Below the pieces are notes generated by a model. That model saw only the letters and a list, made by a program, of their open reading frames with translations. It searched no databases and was not told the origin of the DNA. A DNA stretch of 64,000 nt from the human T2T-CHM13v2.0 reference genome, Homo sapiens: assembly GCF_009914755.1 (NCBI RefSeq), contig NC_060929.1. One strand, written 5' to 3'. A program made the translations under genes and the position numbers. How positions within the stretch are numbered: the stretch's first letter is position 1; each line of letters begins with the position of its first letter. Positions 35,901 through 47,639 of this stretch are shown here, piece after piece.

Positions 35901-38900
35901 CCTTAGAGAGTGAATTACAATGCATGACTCTGACAACAAAGATCAATTATCTTGTCCATTTTCTATTCCCTAGAAACATTTCTTAACTCTGATAAATCTG
36001 TTAAAACAACTTTCTTTCAAATTAAATAAATGATGAAAGCCAAATAGAATCCTTCATATATTTTATGAGTCCAGGACATTTTGGGAAAGCATCTATTTCA
36101 AGAAATTGTACCCAAGGAGTCAAAGGACCCTAGTGCCGTCATCGGTCCTCACCACTGAGTGGTATTCAATGTTAACAATGCAGCATAATTTCATCAGTCT
36201 GTATCCAAACACTGCCCCGCGGGTGACCTCAACTGTAAACCAAGGGAGAGCGCCACTTCTTCAGGATAAGATTAGAGAGGCTTCAAGTGCCCAAGAGTGA
36301 ATTTAACCCTCTCTGAACTGGACAAAATTGACCAAGAGTTGAGCTCAGTGAACATCACCATATCTGCAAATTTTGAGACCTCTAAAGCTCAATCTGTCTC
36401 TTGTACACCAAGGGAGTCTTGAATATTCATATAATTTCAATAAAAGCTCAAGACATTAAACATTATGCTTGTTTTCACAACAGCATCCAGGACACCAGGG
36501 GTTCTTAAGAATGCTACAGGTTTCATATCAGCTTTGGAGACGAGTAATAGAAAAGGTTTTTACAGTTTCACCTCTTTCTTATCAGACATGAGCTCAAAGA
36601 AAGTGGGTGAGTGAGAACTGCCCTGAACAGCAGCAACCTTGGAGGAGCAGAGAGTTCAAAAATAAACACAACACATTCTCCCTGAATCAACTTGCAATAT
36701 TGTAACGCTTCACAAACTGTCTTTTTGCTTTTGTATAGAGATCCAAATTTCGCATGAGCAAAACAGGTAGCCACTTTCCTGGTGTTCTCAAAGAAGGACT
36801 GAAAAGGTGCTTACACTGATGCCAATCTGCCCTTCTGGTGTATGAAATGCCACCATTATCATTTAATTCTTTCAAACTATTTAATTTCCATTTTCGGCAG
36901 CTCTTAGGAAATGCACACATTCCTGGCAGAGTTAGCACTGAGCTGAACAACTTGGTGCTTATTAGAATGTCTTCATCTGAGACTAAAGCCAGACAGTGTA
37001 AGATAACTGGTGATCTGCGTAAAGAGGGGAGGAGTCCCTAACAGCTGGTGGGGTGAGGTGGCTTGGTGTGAAAGGGAGGGGGAGGGAGGCCACAAAGACA
37101 AGCAGAAGAGTAGAAGGGATGTTGCTGGCAAAGATGGACTTTTTTCACCCTCCAGGCAACACAAAGCTCTCATTTTGTCCAGTGGTGTTTAAATTTTTGT
37201 AGGTGAAACAGCATCACTGATTTCTAATAAAAGCTACAGTTTATGTATACGACTTTGGAAGCAGAAAAATATTTTCATTGTTATCCCAATTTTACTGATA
37301 GCAAGATAAACCCTATCTTTGTATTCAGGCTAAAGCCAGCAGTATACATTTTCACAAATAATTAACTGCCTTTGCTTACAAATTTACCTTTTTAAAGGGA
37401 TATTCAAATTTAATGGATATCTAATTGATAAGCTACAAGGACATACGAATAATCTAGAATGAATCTGCTAGGGAATGTCCAACTTTTTCTAAAAATGTGC
37501 AAGGAAGGAGAACTAATCTTGTCTTTTTCATTACTGTCAAAAACATTTCTTCCTTCTTTTCCCCCTGCTTTGTAAAGGCAGTCATCTAGAACAGTTAAGC
37601 AAGATAAAACAATGGAACTGTAAATGTGAAATTATGAACAAGAAAATTGAAACTCTGCTTCATTTTCCTAGTGTGAAATCAGTTACAGACACAAGAAGTG
37701 TCTGTCAATATTAATATTATTTTTTCTTAAATAATTACTTACCGCCTCCTTTTCATTTCTTCCACACAGTTACACATAATCCTTCTTAGGTTACCAGGTC
37801 TCAGTAAGGTCATAGAAATAAGCTACTTATTTCTGAGATTAATCATGAGCAAAATTAAGCCTTGATTTCAAATAGAAATATCAATATTGTTTTTGAAGAA
37901 CTGGCTAATATTTCACAGACATGAGAATTTAGACATTTGGAAAAAATAAGAAATTAAATAAAATGATTTTCTAGGATGAATCTTTACTAGCATTTATAAT
38001 ACAACAAGCTGTTTATAATTTTTACTTCATGGGTATCAAAGAGTATAAAAGAACAAAGAAGACATCTTTTGAACATTCTAATTACTGTCATTTATTAAGC
38101 GTTTATTTTTCCAGATGAATTTTAGTAAAAGCATGATTCAATAGCAAGGAGAGATGTTCCATCCCTGAGACAAATTATTATGTTTACAAGTTGTGCACAC
38201 TAATTTTATATGTCCTAGGGAAAACCAGATTCGGAAATCTAAACATTGCTCCAATCCAATTGTTATCCATGTAAGTCCTAACCCCACTAAAGTATCAGCA
38301 AAGTGCCCGTCTCCTGCCAATAACTTAGCTCTTATGTTCTGCAGAGCTCTAAATAAGGCATCGTTTTTGCCTCTTGAATATTTCTGGGATTTTGGTTCCA
38401 AGATTCCAGATGTTACAAATGGCAAATTTGGGTTTCGGTGTCTGACACAGAAACTCAGAATTTCCTTTATAGGAGATAGCTACTATGAATAAAAATGAAA
38501 CTCCCAAATTTGAGAGTGGGATAAGTTAAACGTAATCCACATAGGCATTCAATTACTTGCGCATCAAGTCTCTAGTTAACAGGCATACGGAAGAGACGAG
38601 GGTTGAGCTGAACTTCAGAGAAATAAGCAGTTACATCAGTGGGGTTGCGTTAGGTTGAAAGACATTGCTTCAGGAAACCAGAGCAGGCAGATAGTGGGTT
38701 TCAGGATAGTGCTGTATTTTGAAATAGTCTCTGGTTACAGACTCAAAGCCAGCAGAAGTTAATGTGGAAGCAAATAACAGACTGTTATTTACCATCTACT
38801 TCTGATGAGGGTGTCGTTGTAATTCTATCTTCAGAATGATACATTGCAAAAGAGTGTGACAAAAGGCAGTTTGATAACGGGGCTTGTGTACTCCTTAAAA

Positions 38901-39899
38901 CTAATATCCATTCAGTACAAGTAAATGTAAAAAATGATTTTTATTACATTACTTATCAAAATCAACTATAAGTTATTTCTCAAAATGGAAGTGTTGCAAA
39001 ATAATACCAAAATTTTCTTTGAATTGCTTTCAAATATTCATTCTAAACCTTATATGAGTCTACTTGATTGAAAGGTCAATTATTCCATGTTCTGAAATGG
39101 GAGACAATTATTTTAAGACTTGGCAACAGTAAAACATTAACAGAATTGAAGGTACCCCATGGTCTTAAGAACACTGGGAAAGCATGCTCTGTGTTTTAAG
39201 CTTCTACAATTGCATCCATTACTCATATATGACCCAGGACACAAACAGACACAAACTGTAATTAAAGAGCTAAAATCAGGATATAGACTAAAACAATCAA
39301 TAAGAGGCATGCTTAAATATAATGATAAAAAATCAATATGACTATGATTGTGAATCAAAATGTTTTACTAGACACTTAAGGTTTCCATCTACATTAATTT
39401 TAGGATTTTTTTTAGCAATTTGGAAAACAACTAAGTCAAGCTTTTCTATTCACTAAACTAACAAAGCTCCTTCTAAAGCTTTGTTGGATAAAGCCTACTT
39501 GGATAAATGGGATTGAAGGAAAGAAATCATGGAGGAAGAAATGGAAGGAAAAGAAAATAAATTTTATGTTTATTGAATATCTACTAAATGACTGACAAGT
39601 TCCTAAGAGATTTTTCTAACTATTCAAAAAATATTTCTAGACTCAAATTCTTTAAAAATCTTGAAATCAATGTAGACTAATCATTTGAAATAAATAATTT
39701 GACACAATTTTCTAACAAGTGTGTAAAAGTCTTCTGGTGTCACTGATTGTCTTGTTCAATTCTCTGTATATGAAGATTTTAAAAGTCATAAAAATTCTTT
39801 CTATTTAATATTCTACTCATGAATACAGTCTTAAATAAAAATCCTACTTAGCTATTGACTGGTGAGTGAAGGAGTGGTGGATATAGGATTACATCTTGA

Positions 39900-40140
39900 A
39901 ATTCACTTCCTCCGGAAGTCTTCCCTGCCTCCCCATACCAGGTGAGGTCTCCACTGCACTTTGTACTTCCTCTTTGTCAATGTCATCACATTAGTAATGA
40001 CTTATTTGGTATCTGGCTCCCCTGATAGACCTAAACACTATGAGAACATGGATAACATCTGCTTTCCCTCTGGGTACTCAGTGCTTAGCAAACAGTCTAG
40101 AGACATAAAAACCACAATTATGTTTGTTTAATAAATGGAC
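39900..40140 (+). mobile_element. L2 3' end
   Basis: tcacttcctccggaagtcttccctg...ctcagtgcttagcaaacagtct. Confidence 0.7.
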
Positions 40141-40329
40141 AAACCAATATTTTCAGGGCATCTTAAAAATAAGATGGAGCATTTACATTATATTCTTATA
40201 TGTGCCTAAATAGGGGCAGAAATTTCAGAACAGGTAATTTAGGTAGGGCTTATTTAGTTTCTTTTTCCTATTTGATTGATTAATTAATTTTTTTAATCAA
40301 AATACCATTGGGCAAGTTTTCAGGGCAGC

Positions 40330-40537
40330 ACTGTATAGGGGATTAGAGATTAGAGTCACAGTTATGCCATGAACTTGCCATGTGACCTTGAAGATTGTTG
40401 CCTGACCTTGCTGAGTTTCAGTGTCTTACCCATTTGGTTCTCATTTGAGAGCCATTGCAAAGAGTTTTGGAGAGGGCTGAATAAGGCAATTTATATAAAA
40501 ACATTCTGAAAACTGGACAAAATTTTAGGCACACACT
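40330..40537 (+). mobile_element. Degenerate MIR (probable source of the copy at 41477)
   Basis: gccatgaacttgccatgtgaccttg...ctgagtttcagtgtc. Confidence 0.55.
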
Positions 40538-41434
40538 ACTGATGTTTGTAAGCTTTTGGGAGAGGTAGGAAAACTATTTTTATACTGTTAGAAACATCTT
40601 TAAGTTCTAAAAATTGCCAATTGGTTACTTCATGAGCATGGTAAATAGGCATACCACTTTATCAGTTTCAAAAAGAATATCAGTCCTCAGTTTTGATAGA
40701 TAACACTTTTCTCTATTTGAAATCTTTATATCCCATGTGTGTAAGAATAAAATATTAGCTGTTATATCTTGAAGGTTAATCATATGAAGAAATGTTAATG
40801 TTTTATTTGCAGCATTAAAACCCTCTAAGAACTTTGTTTACAAGATCTAAAAAAAATTAGGTGGCAAGAAATTTTACAAAAATTAGGTGATAGAATTTCT
40901 CGATTGCTCAAAACCCTAAGCTTCTCCTAAATATAGAAATGTTTCTACTTATTTTTTGAAAACTTATGGGATCCTAGAGACAGGTTGTTTAATTGGGAAA
41001 CCAGTTGCAACACTGACTCCAACTCATGCTACCCTTATTGTTGGCCACGTACCAAATAAGGACAGAAATGGCTTCTTACAACTTTTTAGAATTATGCTTA
41101 CAAATAAGCAAAAGCAGTGATGAAATTGCTAGGCTGAGAAACAAAATCACTCCCTTGGGAGAAAGAAAAAAGACCCCCAATACCAAGAATCCCTAAATAA
41201 AAATCTCATGTGCTAAATTTTGGTGCTGTGGATTTTTTCCGTGACTGTTCAATATCTTGCTAAATCTGGTTATCCATTTGTTGGAGCCAACAGTCATAAA
41301 CTTTCCCATTCCTGAGTACCTGTCATCCTCAGACCCCTTCCTTACTTGGACACTTCCTGTGCACTGAATGAGTTTGTGAACCAAACATCACCATAATGTC
41401 GGGTTAACTTTTCTAATTCCTCATTTTACTATGA

Positions 41435-41800
41435 TGATATCAACCACTTATTTGGTGTTTATTCTGTGGTGTTTATTGACCTTGCTGAGTTATAATGTCT
41501 TATCCATTTGGTTCTCATTTGAGAGAGAGCCATTGCAAAGAGCTTTTGAGAGGACTGAATAGGGTAACTAACATGAAAGTGTTCTGAAGACTCTGCACAG
41601 AATTTTAGGGTATACTATATATTATCCTCATAATAATTTATCTGTGTGCTTTGTGTTATTTTTATTCTGTATCACCACTGAGGAAACGAAGACTTACGAA
41701 GTTGAAGTAACTTGCCCCTATGATCATACAGCCAATGAGTAGCAGATCTGAGGTTAAAATTGAGGTCCCTCTTAATTGCAAAATGTATATCTTAACCAAT
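41435..41800 (-). mobile_element. MIR interrupted by a locally copied segment (41477-41617)
   Basis: caaccacttatttggtgtttattctgtg [insert] attatcctcataataa...actgaggaaacgaagac...aagtaacttgccc. Confidence 0.6.
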
Positions 41801-41919
41801 ACATGCCTGGAATATAAGTAAATACAGGAATGAAAAAGGTCAGGTCACCTTCCTTGAAGAATTAAATCATAAGAGAAGTTTTGAACTTTCACAGGAAAAA
41901 CAATTGGTGTCAGGTATAA

Positions 41920-42100
41920 GATCTACATGTTACTTAATCTTCCAACTCACGAGCAGACATTATTATCACCACTTTATAGATGAGAAATCTGAGACTCATA
42001 GAGGTTAAGGAACTTGGCTAACACCACAGAGGTAATATATGACAGACATGTGAGTCCAAGTCAGTTTTGCTTATCTCTAAATCTTGTCTCCATTGTGGCT
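41920..42100 (-). mobile_element. MIR SINE
   Basis: actttatagatgagaaatctgagactcatagaggttaaggaacttg. Confidence 0.75.
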
Positions 42101-43134
42101 GGCTTACCTGAGATCTTTCAATTCCTAATTCCAGGACAAAATTGGCCTGTGAGCCTGGGGTGGGACTGAGGCTGCAAGTAGGGGCTGAGTGGGTTCAACT
42201 GTGGTAACTAGAGAGAGAGGAGGCCTAGAGTATAGTTCAGCTTGAGGAAAAGTGATCCTGTCAATGTTTGTATGCATTGTGCACTGCCCTGCACTTTCCC
42301 TCTGAATATTCTACATAGGAGAAAAATCACAACACTTTTCAGTCCATCCAACCAAAGGTAACAATGTGCTAGGGGCTACAATAGAAATCCAGATGTTTGA
42401 GTAACAGCAAAAGAAAACAGCTTATTGTTGTTATTTGTTTTTGTTTTGTAACAGAATATATAAAACTTAGGGTGCCATTTACTAGCTATCTCTCAGAACC
42501 AGCTAAGAAATTTATAACAGACATTTACACAATTAGGCTATTATTAATAAGACAATTGGACTGGTTCTGGTTTTTGCTTTCAGTGTTACCACTAATTTTA
42601 TTTCTACTGGTTCAGTGGAGTTAAGTGACCTTCCCAAGTTTGGAAAGTGCTAAATAATGGGGCCTTGATGAAAACTTTAGCTTACCTCTAAATTTTAGAG
42701 AATAAGCCATTTTTATATTAGAGATTTTTAATTAAACTTACTACCTTAAAAATGTAGAAGTAAATTTGAGAACACACAATTGTTATTTCATTGGTCAGAT
42801 GATATCCAGTAAAATCATTTATCCAGCAAAATTCTGAGTTAAATTTGACGTGTTTTTGTTTGATATATATGCTATAGGTGAGTCTTAAGGGATTGAATTT
42901 ATATTTGAAAATAAAACAAACTTTGGTCAAAGAAACAAAATTATAACTATGGGCTTTTAGGTCTCACCAGGCACTGGATGGTGAAATGCATGAGGCAGCA
43001 AGTATTTTTCTAAATATTCTATAAGTGACCCTAACAAAAACACACAAAGCTTTGAAATAAACAGAGCTAAAAGATATAGACTAGTAAGCTACTTTCTATA
43101 TGGAATTTTGTTCAACAGCTAATCAAACCAACCA

Positions 43135-43245
43135 GCCTCCCTTCCTTTTTTTCTTCCTCCCTCTCTCTTGCCCACCCACCTACCTTCCTTCCTTCCTTCC
43201 TACCTACCTTCCTTCCTTCCTTCCCTCCTTTCTTCCTTCCTTCTA
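43135..43245. repeat. (CCTT)n/(CCTA)n pyrimidine-rich microsatellite
   Basis: Read directly. Confidence 0.9.
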
Positions 43246-43516
43246 CTCACAAATGCATGTTTAGCATCACCTCACATGTCCCAGGCTATGCCAGCTGCCT
43301 GCTAGTAGTCAATGGTGAAAACAATTCATGCCCAAAGAGAACTTAGGGCTGAATGAACCAAAAACTGAAACTCAAGGGTAATACAAAATTTGACTGGGCT
43401 TAGGTTTATTTAAAGTATCAGGGCAATAAGAAGAGAAGGAATATAAAATATTTATAGAAATAAAAAATAACATGAGCTCTTATTTAAGAAAAAATGTATA
43501 TAATTAAGAAGAAGGT

Positions 43517-43830
43517 AGCCAGGTATGAAGCTCATGCCTGTAATCCCAGCACTTTGGGAGGCCAAGGCGGACAGATCTCTTGAGCCCAGGAGTTGGAGAC
43601 CAGCCTGGGAAACATGGCTAGATCCCATCTCTACAAAAAAGAGAAAAGTTAGCCAGGCATGGTGGTGCATGCCTGGGGTCCTAGCTACTTGGGAGGCCGA
43701 GGTGGGAGAATCACCTGAACCTGGGAATCGAGGCTGCAGTGAGTTGTGAGTGTGCCACTGAACTCCAGCACTCCAGCCTGGCTGACAGAGTAAGACCCTA
43801 TCTCTAAAAACAAACAAACAAACAAAAACA
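43517..43830 (+). mobile_element. AluJ with (AAAC)n tail
   Basis: Dimeric Alu; degenerate TSD aagaagaaggt / aagaagatgat. Confidence 0.92.
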
Positions 43831-45654
43831 AGAAGATGATTTTTCAGATCATCAACATTAAAAACATATCAAATGAGTTATTTTTGGTGAAACGCCAGTT
43901 TGTAACACTGGCCTGGGGGAAATATTTGGGCTCAACCAGTCAATTCTTTCTATTCTGTTAAAGTGGAAAGAGCACAGGAGAGATACATTTGTACAGAAGT
44001 TTCTATTTCAGCCCAGTGTGGGTCTAAATAAGGGCTCCGTGGCTGGGGGTACAGAGATGGGTCCTGGTGCCTCCTTACAAAACTTGCAAACCAGCAAGAA
44101 TCTTACCTCGGAAAAATATCTCTGTGATCTGTGGCAGTAAGCTTTTTCTCAATAAAACATATCAGTAGTGCTCACACATTAAAACTGACAAACGGTCCCT
44201 TTGAATCCTTCTTATACACATAAAGAAAAAAATAAGCATGCCTTAGTAGGGCAATCAGTCCTGGAATAGTCCAGAATGAGCTGAATTAGGGATGTCTAAA
44301 ATATAAACTTGATAGAGCATATAAGATCTGTTTCAGTAGAATATGGTTCTTGCCATGTCAAAAAGAGGCTTTTTCCCCCCAAGATGGTATTATGAACATT
44401 TTCAAAAATACAGAAAAATTGAAACAAGTTTACAGTGAACACCTGTGTATCTACTGTTTAGATTCCAACAGTGACATTTAAGAAACTGCTTCTTAACAGG
44501 TGATTATCATATTAGGTGAGCAATTATTCAGGTAAGACTCATCTGAATACTATTTAGGATTGTGCCTATGTTTAACCTAAGTTATAAGTCTCTATGTTTT
44601 CTTCTGGAGTCTATTTTGAAGGGTGGACTTTGTACAGGAAAGACAATTTGTTTTTTTCTATGTCATATAAAGCACAAAATAAATCTGAATTTCTAAATCT
44701 TACTAACAAAAATAAATTCAGGATAAAAAGTAAATCTAAAGATATGCTCAAGATTATGAGTTATCCAAATCAATACCCATTTAATTGATAAAAGCTATCA
44801 ACCATGAAGTTTTATTCCAGGTTAGTCCTAGGTAATATGTTTTTGGGATTCTCTGAAATAAGAAAATTGTTGGTAAGTTATGAGTCAGTCAAGCACTTGG
44901 GAATGAGATAATTGGGAGCTTTCCACAGTTACTGATATTGTACAAACTAAACTATAATATTTATAAATCAAGAGATGTTTTAATAGGTGAGTTGTTTTTG
45001 GGTTTTCTGTGGGTTTTATTATTTTGTTTTCTTTTGATATATTTTAAATGAACATTATATAAATGTTAGGCCTTGTTTGTCATGAACAAGACATTGTACT
45101 TTTCTATAAATGAAAAAATTCAACTTCAATAACTCTATTTTTAATCAATTATTTCTGATGTGCCTAGTGTAAAAGTCAGCTTGCTAACTTCTCAGCAATT
45201 TGAAATGCAGGTCAAGGTCAGATGACATTACAAGAGTGACAGAGAAAACCTAATTTTAGTCTCCATGAAACTGAAGAACTCAACACAAATGATTACTGAA
45301 CACTCAGCCCATGTTTGGAGTTGTACGCTTACAAAGGCATCCTATCAGGAAGGAGCAAGTACTGCAGAATCGTGGAAGAAGCTAGTGTGTTCTCAGGTGC
45401 TCCAAGAGCTGTGGAAAATCTCAGATTCAGACTATCGACTCCTCAAGTACATTCAAAGAACGTGTATTTGCAACTCTAGTATAAACTCATTACAGCAGAA
45501 GTTCTGAGAAAATAGCCAATACAGCTATAAGTAGCAGAAAGTGGCATTTTCCAAAAAAGTTAATGTTAATACTTTGTTTAAAAGCATATTATAAAATTGT
45601 CAATACTAAGTAGAATCTAATTACTCCTGAAAAGCATTTCTCATTTAAAAATCT

Positions 45655-45810
45655 ATTCATTAAAATATGCACCAAAATGTTGATCAAGTTATTTCTGGGT
45701 AATAGAATGATAGATGTTTTTAAATTTTATTTTCCATAATGTTTATATTTTCTACAATAAATAAAGATGACTTTTATAATCAGAATAAATGAAATACATG
45801 TTATTAAAAA
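45655..45810 (+). mobile_element. Old L1M 3' end fragment
   Basis: caccaaaatgttgatcaagttatttctgggt...tttctacaataa...acttttataatcag. Confidence 0.5.
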
Positions 45811-46154
45811 ACTAGAGTAGTCAAGTTTCTTTTTTTCCCACCAGGAATTTTAGGTTTTTAGTTGATTAGACTTCAAACAAAGGTCAAGAGTAAAGACTTT
45901 TGAATCATATTAAATTAAAGATGTCTCATAGATATTTTACACATTGGTGAGATGTAAAGTAGTGAGAGAGAAGTCCTGAGAAGCCAGATAGGCATACACA
46001 TCATTTAACACCTATGATGGTATTATTTAAAATCAAATCATTAATAGAATCAGCATGATGCAGTTTGCAGAAGCATAACTAGAGAAGACAAGAAGTCTGC
46101 CTTACAGAGCCTAAGAAGAGGCATGGCAAGGAAAAAGCAAGAGAGAGAGAAAGA

Positions 46155-46294
46155 AGCAGAGCTCTTAGTAGATGTAAAGAAATCCACTTCGTGCCAGTTT
46201 GCAAGGAAATTTTCCTTTATGAAGAGCAGAGCACTTAATAGATGTAAAGAAATCCACTTCGTGCCAGTCTGCAAGGCAATTTTCCTTCACGAGG
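46155..46294. repeat. Tandem duplication, 2 x 70 bp
   Basis: Copies at 46155-46224 and 46225-46294; 7 mismatches, no indels. Confidence 0.95.
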
Positions 46295-46309
46295 AGCTAG
46301 CTGTTTGCA

Positions 46310-46325
46310 CAGCGCCCTCTTGTGA
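46310..46325 (-). promoter_or_regulatory. CTCF-like motif
   Basis: Minus strand TCACAAGAGGGCGCTG versus consensus CCACYAGRKGGCRSY. Confidence 0.5.
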
Positions 46326-47639
46326 AGAGAGGTTTTCGTGACTGTACCTTCACCCCAAGAGCCAAAAACTTCAAGTATCCTTCCAGAGCAATTGCTTAGC
46401 TTTCATCAGCTGAGGATTAACTTCCAAGGCTTTTTGAGGATGCATGTATGGGTATGAGTAACACACAGACTTGACATCCGAATTCTCTATTATTAAATGT
46501 GCACATAAATATTCCACAGAGTTGTGCTTCTTAATGATAATACTTTAAAAAGAACTTCCTAAAATAGGAAATTAGCATCTATGTTTGTTCCCATGACTTG
46601 TGAAACTTGCTCTTTTGCTCTGATGAATGCTGTTTCTCCATTCGGTAAATGAAAATTGAAAAATTGAAAATTGGGGACTACATTAAAAATCAAAAATTGT
46701 CCATTCATCTTAAAAATATGGAGACATTTATTTATAAAACGTTAGTATGCTTATGAGTGCCATTTGAAAATGCATTAGGCACCTGAAATTTCATATGATA
46801 GTCACTGACAAAAATATTGCCATTTGAGTAATATAAGAATTAGAGACATTTGGTGTGCTTGATTTAGCACGTTAATTAGAATAAAAATCTTTATTCATGT
46901 AAATGATTCCACTGATTTGCAATTATCTGGATAACTGCTCAGCAGGAAAAACCAAATTTTGGATACTTCTTGCAAAAAAGTAAATTACTGTGGAATATGA
47001 TACAATGTATGCAGGAAGAGTTGTGCTTTATGTGATATTCTGACTCAAAACAGGAGAGAAAATGATTTCTTCTCACATTCAGTTGAACAATTGATTGGGA
47101 AGTGATTACAAACTTCACTTTGCCTGTCAGTGTCTGTGCTATGTATTTATTGAGGAGCTCATTCATTGCTACTCACTTTCCTAACCAAACCATCATGAAA
47201 AACATGCTTAGAACCCTGAGCTAGGTAAAATGAGAATGTGTGGCTTAGCACAAATCATAATTAAAAAGCAATGGCAACACCAAAGGATGGGTTGGGGTGC
47301 CCCTCCATAACCGCTACAAGGTTTTCCAAACCCACCACAAATAAATATGTATCAAACATAAAAACGATGTGCTTTCTATGTAAATGCAAATTCAAGACAA
47401 GTCCCCAAGATCCCTTAGCTTCCAATCAAATTGTCATCACTTCTCAATCTACTACTATCTAGAAATTCTACTGTGGCCTTTGCTGAAAGTTCAGAGCATT
47501 CATTGATGAGTATCATTGTATTCATGTGGAAGAGATGACATGAGGCAGACAAGGACGGTAACAAGTCTGTGTAGGAATCTACACATATCTAGTGCTTGTG
47601 CAATGGGCTTTTGAATAGGCTTGTGAAAAAGACTAACGC

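Noticed and set aside
46155-46294. Repeat units as a possible CRISPR-like array (also 20972-21011)
   Set aside because: Head-to-tail copies with no unique spacers, no cas genes, and a eukaryotic context.
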